DNA from: a virus
Taxonomy: Duplodnaviria > Heunggongvirae > Uroviricota > Caudoviricetes
Strand: one strand, 5' to 3'
Length of the DNA stretch: 19,451 nucleotides
IMG/VR virus record: IMGVR_UViG_2563366888_000003
The notes below the pieces were generated by a model. It made no database searches, was not told the origin of the DNA, and saw only the letters and a list, made by a program, of their open reading frames with translations. Of this stretch, positions 10,869-19,451 are shown piece after piece (within the stretch, counting starts at the first letter, position 1; every line of letters begins with the position of its first letter). The position numbers were made by a program, and so were the translations under genes.

Positions 10869-11894
10869 ATGTCGATGTACACAACCGCCCAGCTGCTGGC
10901 GGCAAATGAGCAGAAATTTAAGTTTGATCCGCTGTTTCTGCGTCTCTTTTTCCGTGAGAGCTATCCCTTCACTACGGAGAAAGTCTATCTCTCACAAATT
11001 CCGGGACTGGTAAACATGGCGCTGTACGTTTCGCCGATTGTTTCCGGTGAGGTTATCCGTTCCCGTGGCGGCTCCACCTCTGAATTTACGCCGGGATATG
11101 TCAAGCCGAAGCATGAAGTGAATCCGCAGATGACCCTGCGTCGCCTGCCGGATGAAGATCCGCAGAATCTGGCGGACCCGGCTTACCGCCGCCGTCGCAT
11201 CATCATGCAGAACATGCGTGACGAAGAGCTGGCCATTGCTCAGGTCGAAGAGATGCAGGCAGTTTCTGCCGTGCTTAAGGGCAAATACACCATGACCGGT
11301 GAAGCCTTCGATCCGGTTGAGGTGGATATGGGCCGCAGTGAGGAGAATAACATCACGCAGTCCGGCGGCACGGAGTGGAGCAAGCGTGACAAGTCCACGT
11401 ATGACCCGACCGACGATATCGAAGCCTACGCGCTGAACGCCAGCGGTGTGGTGAATATCATCGTGTTCGATCCGAAAGGCTGGGCGCTGTTCCGTTCCTT
11501 CAAAGCCGTCAAGGAGAAGCTGGATACCCGTCGCGGCTCTAATTCCGAGCTGGAGACAGCGGTAAAAGACCTGGGCGAAGCGGTGTCCTATAAGGGAATG
11601 TATGGCGATACGGCGATCGTCGTGTATTCCGGACAGTACGTGGAAAACGACGTCAAAAAGAACTTCCTGCCGGACAACACGATGGTGCTGGGGAACACTC
11701 AGGCACGCGGTCTGCGCACCTATGGCTGCATTCAGGATGCGGACGCACAGCGCGAAGGTATTAACGCCTCTGCCCGCTACCCGAAAAACTGGGTGACCAC
11801 CGGCGATCCGGCGCGTGAGTTCACCATGATTCAGTCAGCACCGCTGATGCTGCTGGCTGACCCTGATGCGTTCGTGTCCGTACAACTGGCGTAA
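10869..11894 (+). CDS. E: Major capsid protein E
   Basis: MSMYTTAQLLAANEQKFKFDPLFLRLFFRESYPFTTEKVYL..., 341 aa, matches lambda gpE. The track ORF start at 10842 lies inside the upstream hairpin and is rejected. Confidence 0.95.
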   Translation: MSMYTTAQLLAANEQKFKFDPLFLRLFFRESYPFTTEKVYLSQIPGLVNMALYVSPIVSGEVIRSRGGSTSEFTPGYVKPKHEVNPQMTLRRLPDEDPQNLADPAYRRRRIIMQNMRDEELAIAQVEEMQAVSAVLKGKYTMTGEAFDPVEVDMGRSEENNITQSGGTEWSKRDKSTYDPTDDIEAYALNASGVVNIIVFDPKGWALFRSFKAVKEKLDTRRGSNSELETAVKDLGEAVSYKGMYGDTAIVVYSGQYVENDVKKNFLPDNTMVLGNTQARGLRTYGCIQDADAQREGINASARYPKNWVTTGDPAREFTMIQSAPLMLLADPDAFVSVQLA

Positions 11895-11935
11895 TCATGG
11901 CCCTTCGGGGCCATTTTCTCTCTGTGGAGGAGTCC

Positions 11936-12334
11936 ATGACGAAAGATGAACTGATTGCCCGTCTCCGGTCGCTGGGTGAACAACTGAACCGTGATGTCAG
12001 CCTGACGGGGACGAAAGAAGAACTGGCGCTCCGTGTGGCAGAGCTGGAAGAGGAGCTTGATGACACGGATGAAACTGCCGGTCAGGACACCCCTCTCAGC
12101 CGGGAAAATGTGCTGACCGGACATGAAAATGAGGTGGGATCAGCGCAGCCGGATACCGTGATTCTGGATACGTCTGAACTGGTCACGGTCGTGGCACTGG
12201 TGAAGCTGCATACTGATGCACTTCACGCCACGCGGGATGAACCTGTGGCATTTGTGCTGCCGGGAACGGCGTTTCGTGTCTCTGCCGGTGTGGCAGCCGA
12301 AATGACAGAGCGCGGCCTGGCCAGAATGCAATAA
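11936..12334 (+). CDS. FI: DNA-packaging accessory protein FI
   Basis: MTKDELIARLRSLGEQLNRDVSLTGTKEELALRVAELEEELDD..., 132 aa, RBS GGAGGAG upstream. Matches lambda gpFI. Confidence 0.92.
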   Translation: MTKDELIARLRSLGEQLNRDVSLTGTKEELALRVAELEEELDDTDETAGQDTPLSRENVLTGHENEVGSAQPDTVILDTSELVTVVALVKLHTDALHATRDEPVAFVLPGTAFRVSAGVAAEMTERGLARMQ

Positions 12335-12345
12335 CGGGAGGCGCT

Positions 12346-12699
12346 GTGGCTGATTTCGATAACCTGTTCGATGCTGCCATTGCCCGCGCCGATGAAACGA
12401 TACGCGGGTACATGGGAACGTCAGCCACCATGACATCCGGTGAGCAGTCAGGTGCGGTGATACGTGGTGTTTTTGATGACCCTGAAAATATCAGCTATGC
12501 CGGACAGGGCGTGCGCGTTGAAGGCTCCAGCCCGTCCCTGTTTGTCCGGACTGATGAGGTGCGGCAGCTGCGGCGTGGAGACACGCTGACCATCGGTGAG
12601 GAAAATTTCTGGGTAGATCGGGTTTCGCCGGATGATGGCGGAAGTTGTCATCTCTGGCTTGGACGGGGCGTACCGCCTGCCGTTAACCGTCGCCGCTGA
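12346..12699 (+). CDS. FII: Head completion / head-tail connector protein FII
   Basis: 117 aa, MADFDNLFDAAIARADETIRGYMGTSATMTSGEQ..., matches lambda gpFII. Confidence 0.92.
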   Translation: MADFDNLFDAAIARADETIRGYMGTSATMTSGEQSGAVIRGVFDDPENISYAGQGVRVEGSSPSLFVRTDEVRQLRRGDTLTIGEENFWVDRVSPDDGGSCHLWLGRGVPPAVNRRR

Positions 12700-12710
12700 A
12701 AGGGGGATGT

Positions 12711-13289
12711 ATGGCCATAAAAGGTCTTGAGCAGGCCGTTGAAAACCTCAGCCGTATCAGCAAAACGGCGGTGCCCGGTGCCGCCGCAATGGCCATTAAC
12801 CGCGTTGCTTCATCCGCGATATCGCAGTCTGCGTCACAGGTTGCCCGTGAGACAAAGGTACGCCGGAAACTGGTAAAGGAAAGGGCCAGGCTGAAAAGGG
12901 CCACGGTCAAAAATCCGCAGGCCAGAATCAAAGTTAACCGGGGGGATTTGCCCGTAATCAAGCTGGGTAATGCGCGGGTTGTCCTGTCCCGCCGCAGGCG
13001 TCGTAAAAAGGGGCAGCGTTCATCCCTGAAAGGTGGCGGCAGCGTGCTTGTGGTGGGTAACCGTCGTATTCCCGGCGCGTTTATTCAGCAACTGAAAAAC
13101 GGCCGGTGGCATGTTATGCAGCGTGTGGCCGGGAAAAACCGTTACCCCATTGATGTGGTGAAAATCCCGATGGCGGTGCCGCTGACCACGGCGTTTAAAC
13201 AGAATATTGAGCGGATACGGCGTGAACGTCTTCCGAAAGAGCTGGGCTATGCGCTGCAGCATCAACTGAGGATGGTAATAAAGCGATGA
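12711..13289 (+). CDS. Z: Tail completion protein Z
   Basis: 192 aa, MAIKGLEQAVENLSRISKTAVPGAAAMAINRVASS..., matches lambda gpZ. Confidence 0.92.
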   Translation: MAIKGLEQAVENLSRISKTAVPGAAAMAINRVASSAISQSASQVARETKVRRKLVKERARLKRATVKNPQARIKVNRGDLPVIKLGNARVVLSRRRRRKKGQRSSLKGGGSVLVVGNRRIPGAFIQQLKNGRWHVMQRVAGKNRYPIDVVKIPMAVPLTTAFKQNIERIRRERLPKELGYALQHQLRMVIKR

Positions 13290-13681
13290 AACATACTGAA
13301 CTCCGTGCAGCCGTACTGGATGCACTGGAGAAGCATGACACCGGGGCGACGTTTTTTGATGGTCGCCCCGCTGTTTTTGATGAGGCGGATTTTCCGGCAG
13401 TTGCCGTTTATCTCACCGGCGCTGAATACACGGGCGAAGAGCTGGACAGCGATACCTGGCAGGCGGAGCTGCATATCGAAATTTTCCTGCCTGCTCAGGT
13501 GCCGGATTCAGAGCTGGATGCGTGGATGGAGTCCCGGATTTATCCGGTGATGAGCGATATCCCGGCACTGTCAGATTTGATCACCAGTATGGTGGTCAGT
13601 GGCTATGACTACCGGCGCGACGATGATGCGGGCCTGTGGAGTTCAGCCGATATGACTTATGTCATTACCTATGAAATGTGA
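13286..13681 (+). CDS. U: Tail terminator protein U
   Basis: 131 aa, [37 protein letters not shown]..., ATGA overlap with Z. Matches lambda gpU. Confidence 0.92.
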   Translation: MKHTELRAAVLDALEKHDTGATFFDGRPAVFDEADFPAVAVYLTGAEYTGEELDSDTWQAELHIEIFLPAQVPDSELDAWMESRIYPVMSDIPALSDLITSMVVSGYDYRRDDDAGLWSSADMTYVITYEM

Positions 13682-13688
13682 GGACGCT

Positions 13689-14429
13689 ATGCCTGTACCA
13701 AATCCTACAATGCCGGTGAAAGGTGCCGGGACCACCCTGTGGGTTTATAAGGGGAGCGGTGACCCTTATGCGAATCCGCTTTCAGACGTTGACTGGTCGC
13801 GTCTGGCAAAAGTTAAAGACCTGACGCCCGGCGAACTGACCGCTGAGTCCTATGACGACAGCTATCTCGATGATGAAGATGCAGACTGGACTGCGACCGG
13901 GCAGGGGCAGAAATCTGCCGGAGATACCAGCTTCACGCTGGCGTGGATGCCCGGAGAGCAGGGGCAGCAGGCGCTGCTGGCGTGGTTTAATGAAGGCGAT
14001 ACCCGTGCCTATAAAATCCGCTTCCCGAACGGCACGGTCGATGTGTTCCGTGGCTGGGTCAGCAGTATCGGTAAGGCGGTGACGGCGAAGGAAGTGATCA
14101 CCCGCACGGTGAAAGTCACCAATGTGGGCCGTCCGTCGATGGCAGAAGATCGCAGCACGGTAACAGCGGCAACCGGCATGACCGTGACGCCTGCCAGCAC
14201 CTCGGTGGTGAAAGGGCAGAGCACCACGCTGACCGTGGCCTTCCAGCCGGAGGGCGTAACCGACAAGAGCTTTCGTGCGGTGTCTGCGGATAAAACAAAA
14301 GCCACCGTGTCGGTCAGTGGTATGACCATCACCGTGAACGGCGTTGCTGCAGGCAAGGTCAACATTCCGGTTGTATCCGGTAATGGTGAACTTGCTGCGG
14401 TTGCAGAAATCACCGTCACCGACAGTTAA
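13689..14429 (+). CDS. V: Major tail tube protein V (with C-terminal Ig-like domain)
   Basis: [31 protein letters not shown]..., 246 aa, RBS GAGGA upstream. The track start 13659 is rejected in favour of the lambda-equivalent ATG at 13689. Confidence 0.93.
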   Translation: MPVPNPTMPVKGAGTTLWVYKGSGDPYANPLSDVDWSRLAKVKDLTPGELTAESYDDSYLDDEDADWTATGQGQKSAGDTSFTLAWMPGEQGQQALLAWFNEGDTRAYKIRFPNGTVDVFRGWVSSIGKAVTAKEVITRTVKVTNVGRPSMAEDRSTVTAATGMTVTPASTSVVKGQSTTLTVAFQPEGVTDKSFRAVSADKTKATVSVSGMTITVNGVAAGKVNIPVVSGNGELAAVAEITVTDS

Positions 14430-14444
14430 TCCGGAGAGTCAGCG

Positions 14445-14867
14445 ATGTTCCTGAAAACCGAATCATTTGAACATAACGGCGTGACCGTCACGCTTTCTGA
14501 ACTGTCAGCCCTGCAGCGTATTGAGCATCTTGCCTGGTTGAAAGAGCAGGAAAAAAAGGCTGAATCCAGTGGCAACCTGCAGGTGTCTGTAGAGGCGCTT
14601 ATCAGAGGCGGGGCGTTTCTGGTGGCGATGTCTCTGTGGCATAACCATCCACAGAAGACAAAGCTGCCGTCCATGAATGAAGCCATTACGCAGATTGAGC
14701 AGGAAGTGCTTACCACCTGGCCCACGGAGGCAATTGCTCAGGCTGAAAACGTGGTGTTACGTCTGTCCGGAATGTCTGAGTTTGTGGTGAATAATGCCCC
14801 TGAACAGGCAGAGGACGCCGGGCCTGCAGAGCCTGTTTCTGCGGGAAAGTGTTCGACGGTGAGCTGA
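14445..14867 (+). CDS. G: Tail assembly chaperone G
   Basis: MFLKTESFEHNGVTVTLSELSALQRIEHLAWLKEQ..., 140 aa, matches lambda gpG. Contains the slippery heptamer near its 3' end. Confidence 0.92.
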   Translation: MFLKTESFEHNGVTVTLSELSALQRIEHLAWLKEQEKKAESSGNLQVSVEALIRGGAFLVAMSLWHNHPQKTKLPSMNEAITQIEQEVLTTWPTEAIAQAENVVLRLSGMSEFVVNNAPEQAEDAGPAEPVSAGKCSTVS

Positions 14868-15283
14868 GTTTTGCCCTGAAACTGGCGCGTGAGATGGGGC
14901 GACCCGACTGGCGCGCCATGCTTGCCGGGATGTCATCCACGGAGTATGCCGACTGGCACCGCTTTTACAGTACCCATTATTTTCATGATGTTCTGCTGGA
15001 TATGCACTTTTCCGGGCTGACGTACACCGTACTCAGCCTGTTTTTCAGCGATCCGGATATGCATCCGCTGGATTTCAGTCTGCTGAACCGGCGCGAGGCT
15101 GACGAAGAGCCTGAAGATGATGTGCTGATGCAGAAAGCGGCAGGGCTTGCCGGAGGCGTTCGTTTTGGCCCGGACGGGAATGAAGTTATCCCCGCTTCCC
15201 CGGATGTGGCGGACATGACGGAGGATGACGTAATGCTGATGACAGTATCAGAAGGGATCGCAGGAGGAGTCCGGTATGGCTGA
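14445..15283 (+). CDS. GT: Tail assembly chaperone fusion G-T produced by programmed -1 ribosomal frameshift
   Basis: Slippery heptamer GGGAAAG at 14843-14849, 5 codons before the G stop. The -1 frame (track ORF 14849..15283) stays open to 15283 and overlaps the H start, exactly as in lambda G/GT. Confidence 0.85.
14843..14849 (+). other. Programmed -1 frameshift slippery site GGGAAAG (G to GT)
   Basis: The heptamer is seen directly at 14843-14849, and the downstream -1 frame is open for about 144 codons. Confidence 0.85.
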
Positions 15284-17831
15284 ACCGGTAGGCGATCTGG
15301 TCGTTGATTTGAGTCTGGATGCGGCCAGATTTGACGAGCAGATGGCCAGAGTCAGGCGTCATTTTTCCGGTACGGAAAGTGATGCGAAAAAAACAGCGGC
15401 AGTCGTTGAACAGTCGCTGAGCCGACAGGCGCTGGCTGCACAGAAAGCGGGGATTTCCGTCGGGCAGTATAAAGCCGCCATGCGTATGCTGCCTGCACAG
15501 TTCACCGACGTGGCCACGCAGCTTGCAGGCGGGCAAAGTCCGTGGCTGATCCTGCTGCAACAGGGTGGTCAGGTTAAGGACTCCTTCGGCGGGATGATCC
15601 CCATGTTCAGGGGGCTTGCCGGTGCGATCACCCTGCCGATGGTGGGGGCCACCTCGCTGGCGGTGGCGACCGGTGCGCTGGCGTATGCCTGGTATCAGGG
15701 CAACTCAACCCTGTCCGATTTCAACAAAACGCTGGTCCTTTCCGGCAATCAGGCGGGACTGACGGCAGATCGTATGCTGGTCCTGTCCAGAGCCGGGCAG
15801 GCGGCAGGGCTGACGTTTAACCAGACCAGCGAGTCACTCAGCGCACTGGTTAAGGCGGGGGTAAGCGGTGAGGCTCAGATTGCGTCCATCAGCCAGAGTG
15901 TGGCGCGTTTCTCCTCTGCATCCGGCGTGGAGGTGGACAAGGTCGCTGAAGCCTTCGGGAAGCTGACCACAGACCCGACGTCGGGGCTGACGGCGATGGC
16001 ACGCCAGTTCCATAACGTGACGGCGGAGCAGATTGCGTATGTTGCTCAGTTGCAGCGTTCCGGCGATGAAGCCGGGGCATTGCAGGCGGCGAACGAGGCC
16101 GCAACGAAAGGGTTTGATGACCAGACCCGCCGCCTGAAAGAGAACATGGGCACGCTGGAGACCTGGGCAGACAGGACAGCGCGGGCATTCAAATCCATGT
16201 GGGATGCGGTGCTGGATATTGGTCGTCCTGATACCGCGCAGGAGATGCTGATTAAGGCAGAGGCTGCGTTTAAGAAAGCAGACGACATCTGGAATCTGCG
16301 CAAGGATGATTATTTTGTTAACGATGAAGCGCGGGCGCGTTACTGGGATGATCGTGAAAAGGCCCGTCTTGCGCTTGAAGCCGCCCGAAAGAAGGCTGAG
16401 CAGCAGACTCAACAGGACAAAAATGCGCAGCAGCAGAGCGATACCGAAGCGTCACGGCTGAAATATACCGAAGAGGCGCAGAAGGCTTACGAACGGCTGC
16501 AGACGCCGCTGGAGAAATATACCGCCCGTCAGGAAGAACTGAACAAGGCACTGAAAGACGGGAAAATCCTGCAGGCGGATTACAACACGCTGATGGCGGC
16601 GGCGAAAAAGGATTATGAGTCGACGCAGAAAAAGCCGTCCGGCGTGAAGGTGTCTGCGGGCGATCGTCAGGAAGACAGTGCTCATGCTGCCCTGCTGACG
16701 CTTCAGGCAGAACTCCGGACGCTGGAGAAGCATGCCGGAGCGAATGAGAAAATCAGCCAGCAGCGCCGGGATTTGTGGAAGGCAGAAAGTCAGTTCGCGG
16801 TACTGGAGGAGGCGGCACAACGTCGCCAGCTGTCCGCACAGGAGAAATCCCTGCTGGCGCATAAAGATGAGACGCTGGAGTACAAACGCCAGCTGGCTGC
16901 ACTTGGCGATAAGGTCACGTATCAGGAGCGCCTGAACGCGCTGGCGCAGCAAGCGGATAAATTCGCACAGCAGCAACGGGCAAAACGGGCCGCTATTGAT
17001 GCGAAAAGCCGGGGGCTGACTGACCGGCAGGCAGAACGGGAAGCCACGGAACAGCGCCTGAAGGAACAGTATGGCGATAATCCTCTGGCGCTGAATAACG
17101 TCATGTCAGAGCAGAAAAAGACCTGGGCGGCTGAAGACCTGCTTCGCGGGAGCTGGATGGCAGGCCTCAGGTCCGGCTGGAGCGAGTGGAAAGAGAGTGC
17201 CACGGACAGTATGTTGCAGGTTAAAAGTGCAGCCACGCAGACCTTTGATGGTATTGCGCAGAATATGGCGGCGATGCTGACCGGCAGTGAGCAGAACTGG
17301 CGCAGCTTCACCCGTTCCGTGCTGTCCATGATGACAGAAATTCTGCTTAAGCAGGCAATGGTGGGGATTGTCGGGAGTATCGGCAGCGCCATTGGCGGTG
17401 CTGTTGGTGGCGGCGAATCCGCGTCAGGCGGTACAGCCATTCAGGCAGCTGCGGCGAAATTCCATTTTGCGACCGGAGGATTTACGGGAACCGGCGGCAA
17501 ATATGAGCCAGCGGGGATTGTTCATCGTGGTGAATTTGTCTTCACGAAGGAGGCTACCAGCCGGATTGGTGTCGGCAACCTGTACCGCCTGATGCGGGGC
17601 TATGCGGAAGGTGGTTATGTGGGCGGTGCCGGAAGTCCGGCGCAGATGCGGCGGGCTGAAGGCATTAATTTTAATCAGAACAATCACGTGGTGATTCAGA
17701 ACGACGGTACGAATGGTCTGCCAGGTCCACAGATGATGAAGGCAGTGTATGACATGGCCCGCAAGGGTGCCCGTGATGAAATTCAGACACAGATGCGTGA
17801 TGGTGGCCTGTTCTCCGGAGGTGGACGATGA
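15276..17831 (+). CDS. H: Tail tape measure protein H
   Basis: 851-aa ORF, MAEPVGDLVVDLSLDAARFDEQMARVRRHFSG..., long coiled-coil central region with Gly-rich C-terminal part. Near-identical to lambda gpH. Confidence 0.95.
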   Translation: MAEPVGDLVVDLSLDAARFDEQMARVRRHFSGTESDAKKTAAVVEQSLSRQALAAQKAGISVGQYKAAMRMLPAQFTDVATQLAGGQSPWLILLQQGGQVKDSFGGMIPMFRGLAGAITLPMVGATSLAVATGALAYAWYQGNSTLSDFNKTLVLSGNQAGLTADRMLVLSRAGQAAGLTFNQTSESLSALVKAGVSGEAQIASISQSVARFSSASGVEVDKVAEAFGKLTTDPTSGLTAMARQFHNVTAEQIAYVAQLQRSGDEAGALQAANEAATKGFDDQTRRLKENMGTLETWADRTARAFKSMWDAVLDIGRPDTAQEMLIKAEAAFKKADDIWNLRKDDYFVNDEARARYWDDREKARLALEAARKKAEQQTQQDKNAQQQSDTEASRLKYTEEAQKAYERLQTPLEKYTARQEELNKALKDGKILQADYNTLMAAAKKDYESTQKKPSGVKVSAGDRQEDSAHAALLTLQAELRTLEKHAGANEKISQQRRDLWKAESQFAVLEEAAQRRQLSAQEKSLLAHKDETLEYKRQLAALGDKVTYQERLNALAQQADKFAQQQRAKRAAIDAKSRGLTDRQAEREATEQRLKEQYGDNPLALNNVMSEQKKTWAAEDLLRGSWMAGLRSGWSEWKESATDSMLQVKSAATQTFDGIAQNMAAMLTGSEQNWRSFTRSVLSMMTEILLKQAMVGIVGSIGSAIGGAVGGGESASGGTAIQAAAAKFHFATGGFTGTGGKYEPAGIVHRGEFVFTKEATSRIGVGNLYRLMRGYAEGGYVGGAGSPAQMRRAEGINFNQNNHVVIQNDGTNGLPGPQMMKAVYDMARKGARDEIQTQMRDGGLFSGGGR

Positions 17832-18157
17832 AAACCTTCCGCTGGAAAGTGAAACCCGGTATGGATGTGGCTTCGGCCCCTTCTGTAAGAAAGGTGCGCT
17901 TTGGTGATGGCTATTCCCAGCGAGCGCCTGCCGGGCTGAATGCCAACCTGAAAACGTACAGCGTGACGCTTTCTGTCCCCCGTGAGGAGGCCACGGTACT
18001 GGAGTCGTTTCTGGAAGAGCACGGGGGCTGGAAAGCCTTTCTGTGGACGCCGCCTTATGAGTGGCGGCAGATAAAGGTGACCTGCGCAAAATGGTCGTCG
18101 CGGGTCAGTATGCTGCGTGTTGAGTTCAGCGCAGAGTTTGAACAGGTGGTGAACTGA
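17828..18157 (+). CDS. M: Tail tip assembly protein M
   Basis: 109 aa, MKTFRWKVKPGMDVASAPSVRKVRFGDGYSQRAP..., ATGA overlap with H. Matches lambda gpM. Confidence 0.93.
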   Translation: MKTFRWKVKPGMDVASAPSVRKVRFGDGYSQRAPAGLNANLKTYSVTLSVPREEATVLESFLEEHGGWKAFLWTPPYEWRQIKVTCAKWSSRVSMLRVEFSAEFEQVVN

Positions 18158-18855
18158 TGCAGGATATCCGGCAGGAAACACTGAATGAATGCACCCGTGC
18201 GGAGCAGTCGGCCAGCGTGGTGCTCTGGGAAATCGACCTGACAGAGGTCGGTGGAGAACGTTATTTTTTCTGTAATGAGCAGAACGAAAAAGGTGAGCCG
18301 GTCACCTGGCAGGGGCGACAGTATCAGCCGTATCCCATTCAGGGGAGTGGTTTTGAACTGAATGGCAAAGGCACCAGTACGCGCCCCACGCTGACGGTTT
18401 CTAACCTGTACGGTATGGTCACCGGTATGGTGGAAGATCTGCAGAGTCTGGTCGGCGGAACGGTGGTCCGGCGTAAGGTTTACGCCCGTTTTCTGGATGC
18501 GGTGAACTTCGTCAACGGAAACAGTGACGCCGATCCGGAGCAGGAGGTGATCAGCCGCTGGCGCATCGAGCAGTGCAGCGAACTGAGCGCGGTGAGTGCC
18601 TCCTTTGTACTGTCCACGCCGACGGAAACGGATGGCGCTGTTTTTCCGGGGCGTATCATGCTGGCCAACACCTGCACCTGGACCTATCGCGGCGATGAGT
18701 GCGGTTATCACGGTCCGGCAGTCGCTGATGAATATGACCAGCCGACGTCCGATATCACGAAGGATAAATGCAGCAAATGCCTGAGCGGCTGTAAGTTTCG
18801 CAATAACGTCGGCAATTTTGGCGGCTTCCTTTCCATTAACAAACTTTCGCAGTAA
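18157..18855 (+). CDS. L: Tail tip protein L
   Basis: 232 aa, MQDIRQETLNECTRAEQSASVVLWEIDLTEVGGERYFF... with C-terminal Cys cluster. Matches lambda gpL. Confidence 0.93.
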   Translation: MQDIRQETLNECTRAEQSASVVLWEIDLTEVGGERYFFCNEQNEKGEPVTWQGRQYQPYPIQGSGFELNGKGTSTRPTLTVSNLYGMVTGMVEDLQSLVGGTVVRRKVYARFLDAVNFVNGNSDADPEQEVISRWRIEQCSELSAVSASFVLSTPTETDGAVFPGRIMLANTCTWTYRGDECGYHGPAVADEYDQPTSDITKDKCSKCLSGCKFRNNVGNFGGFLSINKLSQ

Positions 18856-18860
18856 ATACC

Positions 18861-19451
18861 ATGACAGAGACAGAATCAGCGATTCTGGCGCACGCCCGGC
18901 GATGTGCGCCAGCGGAGTCGTGCGGCTTCGTGGTGAGAGCGCCGGAGGGGGAAAGATATTTTCCCTGCGTGAATATTTCCGGTGAGCCGGAGGATTATTT
19001 CCGGATGGCTCCGGAGGACTGGCTGCAGGCAGAGATGCAGGGTGAGATTGTGGCGCTGGTCCACAGCCACCCCGGTGGTCTGCCCTGGCTGAGTGAGGCT
19101 GACCGGCGGCTGCAGGTGCAGAGTGATTTGCCGTGGTGGCTGGTCTGCCGGGGGACGATTCATAAATTCCGCTGTGTGCCGCATCTCACCGGGCGGCGCT
19201 TTGAGCACGGGGTGACGGACTGTTACACGCTGTTCCGGGATGCTTATCATCTGGCGGGAATTGAGATGCCGGATTTTCATCGCGAGGATGACTGGTGGCG
19301 TCACGGTCAGAATCTCTATCTGGATAATCTGGAGGCCACAGGGCTGTATCAGGTGCCGTTGTCATCAGCACAACCGGGCGATGTGCTGCTGTGCTGTTTT
19401 GGTTCATCGGTGCCGAATCATGCCGCCATTTACTGTGGTGATGGCGAGCTG
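18861..19451 (+). CDS. K: Tail tip assembly protein K (JAMM/MPN-type motif region; partial, 3' end beyond window). The conventional lambda K start corresponds to the internal ATG at 19005
   Basis: Open frame from the ATG at 18861, 6 nt after the L stop, continuous to the window end. It contains HSHPGGLPWLSEAD (JAMM-like H-x-H-x7-S-x2-D) and matches lambda gpK from MAPEDWLQAEMQGEIVALVHSHPGG onward. Not in the six-frame track, presumably because no stop falls inside the window. Confidence 0.8.
   Translation, partial: MTETESAILAHARRCAPAESCGFVVRAPEGERYFPCVNISGEPEDYFRMAPEDWLQAEMQGEIVALVHSHPGGLPWLSEADRRLQVQSDLPWWLVCRGTIHKFRCVPHLTGRRFEHGVTDCYTLFRDAYHLAGIEMPDFHREDDWWRHGQNLYLDNLEATGLYQVPLSSAQPGDVLLCCFGSSVPNHAAIYCGDGEL

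Noticed and set aside
15834-19304. Minus-strand ORFs of 130-220 aa inside H, M, L and K (15834..16412, 16452..16976, 16922..17440, 17424..18089, 17783..18181, 18055..18711, 18876..19304)
   Set aside because: They are antisense to the tape-measure and tail-tip genes with no independent support. Frame-shadow ORFs are common opposite long GC-rich genes.

Overview
This window reads as the late-region and left-arm segment of a lambdoid prophage in an Escherichia/Shigella-type genome, and I found no convincing novel multi-gene system in it. Every long ORF is explained by a known phage or insertion-sequence function; identifications rest on translating the sequence and recognising the proteins from memory, since no database search was possible. 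Order of elements: (1) the left end of an IS3-family (IS629-like) insertion sequence, truncated by the window edge and ending at 176, about 80 bp upstream of Q; (2) a phage-82/DLP12-type Q antiterminator; (3) a reverse-strand OmpC-family porin moron (Lc/NmpC-like) with structured flanks; (4) a phage-21-type lysis cassette (dual-start pinholin, SAR endolysin, Rz with embedded Rz1); (5) the reverse-strand bor lipoprotein moron and a small DUF3950/YlcI-like gene; (6) a lambda-type cos site; (7) a head and tail gene block near-identical to phage lambda, running Nu1-A-W-B-C/Nu3-D-E-FI-FII-Z-U-V-G/GT-H-M-L and the start of K. The points most worth a second look are the IS insertion just upstream of Q, the hairpin-dense convergent region between Q and the porin (candidate IpeX-like sRNA and terminators), the uncertain position of the late promoter, and a K reading frame that opens 48 codons upstream of the conventional lambda K start.
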